The notes under the pieces: generated by a model | Databases searched by the model: none | The model's input: the letters and a program-made list of their open reading frames with translations, nothing else | What the model was told of the DNA's origin: nothing | In this document: one piece after another, positions 58,926 to 64,000 of the stretch | How positions within the stretch are numbered: position 1 is the stretch's first letter | Layout: the number at the start of each line of letters is the position of its first letter | Made by a program: the position numbers and the translations under genes | Assembly: GCA_016183365.1 (NCBI GenBank) | Contig: JACPES010000003.1 | Span: 105,467 to 169,466, forward strand | Length of the DNA stretch: 64,000 bases | Source of the DNA: Candidatus Collierbacteria bacterium | Lineage (GTDB): Bacteria; Patescibacteriota; Microgenomatia; UBA1400; JACPES01 | Reading direction: 5' to 3'

Positions 58926-59622
58926 GATCTTTTTTGACTCCGTTGTACCATTCTGTTAAAATTTCTTTAACCACATCTTTGCTTCCTAAACCTAAGGCCA
59001 ATCCTAACCCCAGCGAGAGCATGGCAATAGTTCCGGTAATCAGAGTGTTGATAAAATTGGCGGCGATCCCTAATTCTGAAATCGCGGCTAAAGTCGCGAA
59101 AATCATCACGATCCAACTGGCTAGTTTCCCTAAAAATCGGGAAAAGGAAACGGCGACGGAACCGACCGCGCCTTTTACTAAACTCTCGACTAATCCGGCC
59201 AAAAGGACTCCGGCCAATAAAACTATAGCGGCCGAAAAAACCTTAGGCATATAACCCAAGATATTATTTAAAACTTGGGATACGGTAGATAGTCCCAGAA
59301 TGTTGACCGCGGCGATAAAGAAAATAAAAATAGTCAGCCATCTGACAGTACTGCCCAGGATATCCTCTATTTTTCCCATGATTTCGGCCTTTTTTAGAAA
59401 CGAGTCCACTGCTGTTCCGGAAATCAGGGCGTTTAATTTAACCGCGCCTAAAACTTTAGACACTAAAAATTTAAGCCAAGCCCCGACTAACCAGCCGATG
59501 ATTAAGATTAAGATCGCCCCTAAAAAGTTTGGGATAAATATCGCCAGTCGGCTTAAAACAGAAGAACCGGCAACTATGATGGCGTCCTGCCAATTAGAAA
59601 TATTTTCAGGCATTTTTATCAC
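58912..59622 (-). CDS. Conserved TM-helix repeat membrane protein (MscS/CmpX-like)
   Basis: FIPNFLGAILIL, YMPKVFSAA, GLALGLGSKD. Confidence 0.75.
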   Translation of the reverse strand: MIKMPENISNWQDAIIVAGSSVLSRLAIFIPNFLGAILILIIGWLVGAWLKFLVSKVLGAVKLNALISGTAVDSFLKKAEIMGKIEDILGSTVRWLTIFIFFIAAVNILGLSTVSQVLNNILGYMPKVFSAAIVLLAGVLLAGLVESLVKGAVGSVAVSFSRFLGKLASWIVMIFATLAAISELGIAANFINTLITGTIAMLSLGLGLALGLGSKDVVKEILTEWYNGVKKDLKRE

Positions 59623-59829
59623 CCCCCGTCTGTCTAATTTAGATTATATACCCCTTCACTTTCAAAAATTGCAGGGGTATATGCCCAACGAAGCTTTGAT
59701 TTCTCTCCTGCTTTCGGTTGATAGATAAAACGATAGGTTTATTTTGAAAGCTACGGCAGTGCGCCGCCAAAGCTTTGAGCGACGAGGCGTAGGCATATTC
59801 CAAAACTAAGATTATCTATGGGAAACTCA

Positions 59830-59905
59830 TGGTCGGGGTGGCCGGTACTGCCCCGGCTGCCTCGCGAACCCCATTCGCGCGTTCTGCTATTTGAACTACA
59901 CCCCG
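59830..59905 (-). tRNA. tRNA-Pro (GGG) with non-canonical T loop
   Basis: CGGGGTG acceptor, CGCGA-ATGGGGT-TCGCG anticodon arm, GCCGG-GGCAGTA-CCGGC T arm, ACCA end. Confidence 0.85.
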
Positions 59906-60068
59906 ATTCCTACTGTTCATATTCTACCCCGCCTTCGCAAAAAAGCCATTGGTTTGATTACGGGGAATTGCGTTTCGGCGGGATGTCGTGTTATTTAAGG
60001 CGTGTCGCTAAGCGCCACGTGTTTTAAGCATAGGACTTCACCAGCAGAGGTGCTACAATTTGGAAGCT

Positions 60069-62198
60069 ATGGGAAGAAGACGCGGGCGGCGGCGGACGCC
60101 ATTCAAATTGGACATTAAAAAAGATACCGTTCTGTCGTTATCTTCATTGCTCATGTTTTTGTGCGGGATATTAATAATGGTCAGTTTTACCCGCCAAACG
60201 ACAGTATTCTCGAGATTAAACACGGATCTGATGAAATATTTGGGTTGGACGGCGTTTGCTTCACCCTTCATCTTTTTTTCTGCCGGTTTAATGTTAACCA
60301 GATTGAAGTGGCGGATCGCCAGCCCCAATCTTTTTTTGGGGAGTTTACTTTTAATGGTTTCCCTAGCGGCTTTGACTAAAGCTGGCAAGATCGGAGTTTT
60401 TGGTTGGGAAAATGTGGCCGTAGTCTTAACCGATTGGGGCAGCGGTATCCTATATACAGTCGTGGTTTTGTTGGCAATAGTCATAATGACTGAAGTCCAA
60501 TTAGACGAGATCTTAATGATTATGGCGGCCATAGTTAATAAAATAAAAATGATATTCGGTTGGTTTTTCAAAAAAAGAGATCGGTCGTGGGAAACCGAAA
60601 ACCCGATAGAAAAGATTAAACTGGATGAGGATAAAAAGTCAGCGGAGGCCGAAAAGCCGACCGGTTCCTCCGATCAATCTTCTCCGGCTGACAACGGGAC
60701 TGAAGTTTTACCCTCTACTGCCCTAATGGCGCCGACTATTCCCGGATCTTCGCCGGTGGTTTGGGAATATCCGCCCTTATCTCTCTTGTCTGATGTTATG
60801 GGTGGCGAGGCCGACAGGGGAGATGTTAAAAAGAGCGCCGAGATTATAGAAAATACTTTGGATTCTTTCGGAATTCAGGCCCGGGTGGTTGACTTGAACC
60901 GCGGTCCGGCAGTGACCCAATATGCCCTGGAAATCGCCCAGGGGACGAAATTAACCAAGATTACTACTTTGCAAAACGATTTAGCTCTGGCTTTGGCGGC
61001 TCCGACAGGACAAATCAGGATCGAGGCTCCGATTCCGGGAAAAAGTTTGGTCGGGATAGAAATCCCTAACCGAACTCCGAAATTTGTGTCGATGAAAGAA
61101 ATGATGGCTTCGGAGGAAATGAAATCCGCTCACTCCAAATTATCTGTAGGTTTGGGTTTGGATGTTTCCGGCAAACCGATAATCGCGGATATCGAAAAAA
61201 TGCCCCACGTTCTGATTGCCGGTGCCACCGGGTCGGGAAAATCAGTGGCCATCAATTCGTTTTTGTGCAATATTTTATTCAGGGCCAGTCCGGAGGAGGT
61301 AAAGTTGATGATGGTTGACCCCAAGCGGGTGGAATTAACCGGCTATAACGGCATTCCGCATTTAATCGCTCCGGTAATAGTTGACCCCAAACAGGTGCTG
61401 TCTGCCTTGAAATGGGCATTAAACGAAATGGAGCAAAGATACAAGCAATTTGCCGAAGTAGGGGCCCGCAACATTCAGGTTTTCAATGAATTGTCTGGAT
61501 TTCAGGCCATGCCGTACATTTTGATTGTAGTCGATGAACTGGCAGATATCATGTTATACGCTCCGGGTGAAGTCGAAACCGCCATTACCAGATTGGCCCA
61601 GATGGCTCGGGCCACCGGAATCCATTTAATAGTTTCTACTCAAAGGCCGTCAACCGATGTCGTTACCGGTTTGATCAAGGCTAACATTCCTTGCCGTATA
61701 GCTTTCAATGTGGCTAGTATGGTTGATTCCAGGGTTATAATTGATATGCCGGGAGCGGAGAAATTATTAGGGAGGGGCGACATGTTGTATATTCCTCCGG
61801 ATCAGGCTAAACCCACCAGAATTCAGGGAACTTACGTTTCTAACAAAGAGATAGACGCTTTGATCAAATATCTTCGGGATCAGGGAGTGCGGCCGATATA
61901 CGACCAGGCGGTGACGGAAAAATATCCGTCAGGAAAGATGATCGTTGCCGCTGACGGAGAAGTCGGAGAATTAGACGAATTGGCTGTCGAGGCTTTGAAA
62001 GTAATGTTTACGGATAAAAGGGCTTCAGCGTCATTGTTCCAAAGACGGTTTAAAATTGGATACACCCGTGCCGCCAGAATTTTAGACCAATTTGAAAAAT
62101 TGCGGATTATCGGACCCGGATCGGGAGCTAAAGCCAGAGAATTGTTGGTTTCCAATATAGAGGAGGGTTTGACGCGCCTTAAGGGGATAGCTAAATAA
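60069..62198 (+). CDS. ftsK: DNA translocase FtsK
   Basis: RIEAPIPGK, PHVLIAGATGSGKS, DPKRVEL, TQRPS, GAEKLLGRGDML, gamma domain IGYTRAARI. Confidence 0.95.
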   Translation: MGRRRGRRRTPFKLDIKKDTVLSLSSLLMFLCGILIMVSFTRQTTVFSRLNTDLMKYLGWTAFASPFIFFSAGLMLTRLKWRIASPNLFLGSLLLMVSLAALTKAGKIGVFGWENVAVVLTDWGSGILYTVVVLLAIVIMTEVQLDEILMIMAAIVNKIKMIFGWFFKKRDRSWETENPIEKIKLDEDKKSAEAEKPTGSSDQSSPADNGTEVLPSTALMAPTIPGSSPVVWEYPPLSLLSDVMGGEADRGDVKKSAEIIENTLDSFGIQARVVDLNRGPAVTQYALEIAQGTKLTKITTLQNDLALALAAPTGQIRIEAPIPGKSLVGIEIPNRTPKFVSMKEMMASEEMKSAHSKLSVGLGLDVSGKPIIADIEKMPHVLIAGATGSGKSVAINSFLCNILFRASPEEVKLMMVDPKRVELTGYNGIPHLIAPVIVDPKQVLSALKWALNEMEQRYKQFAEVGARNIQVFNELSGFQAMPYILIVVDELADIMLYAPGEVETAITRLAQMARATGIHLIVSTQRPSTDVVTGLIKANIPCRIAFNVASMVDSRVIIDMPGAEKLLGRGDMLYIPPDQAKPTRIQGTYVSNKEIDALIKYLRDQGVRPIYDQAVTEKYPSGKMIVAADGEVGELDELAVEALKVMFTDKRASASLFQRRFKIGYTRAARILDQFEKLRIIGPGSGAKARELLVSNIEEGLTRLKGIAK

Positions 62199-62200
62199 AA

Positions 62201-62830
62201 GTGAAGACTGCCGGAGAAATTTTAAAAGCTGCCAGAAAAGAAAAAGGCTGGACGGTAATTGAGTTGTCGGGACGGACCAAAATCCAGGAAAGATTTATTA
62301 GGGCTTTGGAAAATTCCAATTTGGCAAAGTTGCCGGCCATGCCTTTCGTTAACGGATTTCTAAGGACTATTTCTGTAGAATTGGACCTAAAGCCGGAGGG
62401 AATGGCAGCGGTTTTCCGGCGGGATTTCGGGGAAGACGATGGGAGTAAAATTATCTCTAACGTGTTGGAAAAAAAAGACAAAGGTTTCAGGTGGGCGCCG
62501 TCAACTTCAATCGCGATTGGAATTATAGCCATGATATTGGTTTTCGGTTCTTACCTAATTATCCAGCTGAAAGGTCTATTGGGGGTGCCGACTTTAGAAA
62601 TTTTTCAGCCCCAAGATCAGGCTGTGGTCAGTTTGGAAATTGCGATTGAAGGCCGGACTGACCCCGGTGCTTCGGTTTCGATCAACGGCCAAAAGATTAA
62701 GAAAAATCGAAACGGGACTTTCAGCCAGATTGTTAATTTATCCGAAGGAGTCCAAACCATAACTATCAGTGCTACCGGTCAAAATGGTAAGACAACAACT
62801 ATCGATAGAACTGTTCAGGTAAAAAAGTGA
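62201..62830 (+). CDS. RodZ-like HTH-TM-Ig protein
   Basis: GEILKAAR, TKIQ..FI.ALE, LP...F..GFL; TM; Ig-like C-terminus; follows ftsK. Confidence 0.8.
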   Translation: MKTAGEILKAARKEKGWTVIELSGRTKIQERFIRALENSNLAKLPAMPFVNGFLRTISVELDLKPEGMAAVFRRDFGEDDGSKIISNVLEKKDKGFRWAPSTSIAIGIIAMILVFGSYLIIQLKGLLGVPTLEIFQPQDQAVVSLEIAIEGRTDPGASVSINGQKIKKNRNGTFSQIVNLSEGVQTITISATGQNGKTTTIDRTVQVKK

Positions 62831-63174
62831 TTGAAGTTGAACTTCGGGGACGGTTGACGGCTTCTGCACGCAAAAAAGTATTGGCGTATTGCCGAACGCG
62901 CGGGATATTTCTTGGAGAGTTTCATCAAATTGCCATTTTTTGTGATACCCAAAATGAACGATTGGGGAATTTTTACGATCCGAAAGTCAGAATCGCGCTT
63001 CAATTATCCTACGATATTCAAGATAAGAAAAGAACATTGCAGTTGAAAGTTAAAAACGGCCATTGGGCAAATCCCGGGCGGGAGGAATTAATAACAGACC
63101 AAGATCCTACGGGAACGTCATTTTTTGACTCATATCGCAATGCCGTTTCTTCTCTGTATCCCTTCTATTCTTGA
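62827..63174 (+). pseudogene. Truncated CYTH-like protein
   Basis: MIEVELRG start, LKVK.G.W....REE; runs into an opposing gene fragment near 63100. Confidence 0.5.
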
Positions 63175-63258
63175 TTGTTCAACAATTTCTTCCCGGCTTA
63201 GACCTTCAGAAGCTTTATTCATCAAAATCGTGCCTTCAGTAAAAACCAATATTTTCAT
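63118..63258 (-). pseudogene. N-terminal fragment of a hypothetical protein
   Basis: MKILVFTEGTILMNKASEGLSREEIVEQ...; stops after an A-run. Confidence 0.45.
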
Positions 63259-63324
63259 AAGTTAAATCCTGATTAATTTTTCCAGCCAAGGAATATTATC
63301 ATTTTTTCTTTTCCACAGTTTTAC

Positions 63325-63350
63325 ACTTCAATTATTTAAATAATTGAAGT
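63325..63350. repeat. Family A palindrome (perfect)
   Basis: ACTTCAATTATTTAAATAATTGAAGT. Confidence 0.9.
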
Positions 63351-63455
63351 AAATGGATTCATAACATTGTAGCAAAGCGTTTTCTTTAATAATATCTAAC
63401 AACGAGAGAAACCGCCTGTGAATATATCCCATTGGTGGTGTGGGATTCTTTTATT

Positions 63456-63503
63456 AGATTGCTACGTCTCCCTTGACTTTTGCTCGGGATTCTCGCAATG
63501 ACA
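63456..63503. repeat. AGATTGC.ACG...CTCGCAATGAC RPE-like repeat
   Basis: Same ends as the in-frame insert in nth (49026-49069). Confidence 0.7.
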
Positions 63504-63504
63504 A

Positions 63505-64000
63505 CTATGAAACTTGTAGATAGATGAAAATCCATTGTTTAAGAGATATGTCTTTGGGTTTGGCGTTGAGATTAAGTTTAAGTTTTTGGGAAAGATTAAT
63601 TATTTGAAATGGGTTAAATTCCCGCCGTAGATTTTGGCGCATCCGCCTGCCGCCTCCGAATATATCTGTAACAAATTTCTGAAATTGCGGTTTTTCTGAT
63701 TCCGGAAGCAGCGGGCAAGGCAGTTTCAAAACTCTCAACATGACGCTTTCGACCTGTGGCTTTGGAATAAAATCACTGCGTTTGAATTTGTGGAAAATTT
63801 CAAAGTCAAACCACGGTTTATGCATTACCGCGAATAATCCGTTTTTAGGAATTCCGGATAGCCTTTTTGCCAATTCTTCTCTCATAATAAGATAACAATC
63901 TTCCGGCGGATTTGCAACATCGATTAATTTGCGGACAATTTTTCCCTCGATTGAAAACGGAATATTGGCGAAAACTTTATATGGTTCGTTTGGCAATGGG
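63505..64000 (-). CDS. Erm/KsgA-family rRNA adenine N6-methyltransferase, N-terminus beyond the window
   Basis: YKVFANIPF, A.RL.G, DF.PKPQVESV. Confidence 0.82.
   Translation of the reverse strand, partial: PLPNEPYKVFANIPFSIEGKIVRKLIDVANPPEDCYLIMREELAKRLSGIPKNGLFAVMHKPWFDFEIFHKFKRSDFIPKPQVESVMLRVLKLPCPLLPESEKPQFQKFVTDIFGGGRRMRQNLRREFNPFQIINLSQKLKLNLNAKPKDISLKQWIFIYLQVS

Overview
This is a chromosomal segment of a Patescibacteria (CPR) bacterium, probably Microgenomates-like; that placement is inferred from gene content and order, not from a search. The backbone is housekeeping genes: rnpB, secDF, rarA, pcrA, tpiA, gap, recA-recX-rny, HU, nth, miaB-miaA, tldD/pmbA, comM, ftsK, tRNA-Cys and tRNA-Pro. 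AT-rich accessory patches and gene remnants interrupt it, along with a defence island at about 17.8-22.6 kb (type I CBASS with CD-NTase and Cap15, LexA, Vsr, a C5-methyltransferase, an HNH nuclease and a C-protein). The least explained feature is several families of small structured DNA elements, some next to a candidate cognate small gene. (1) About ten 26-bp 10-6-10 palindromes with a TTTAAA-type core, in three arm families, sit at accessory-gene and pseudogene boundaries and bracket a TrpR/YerC-like gene. (2) A 30-nt double mini-hairpin is inserted at the anticodon of tRNA-Cys fragments around a GIY-YIG gene, and in frame in protein genes. (3) Heptamer-periodic inverted repeats bracket a four-helix-bundle gene, with empty or half copies elsewhere. 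Many housekeeping proteins carry in-frame peptide insertions encoded by such elements. All functional calls come from motif recognition; no database search was run.
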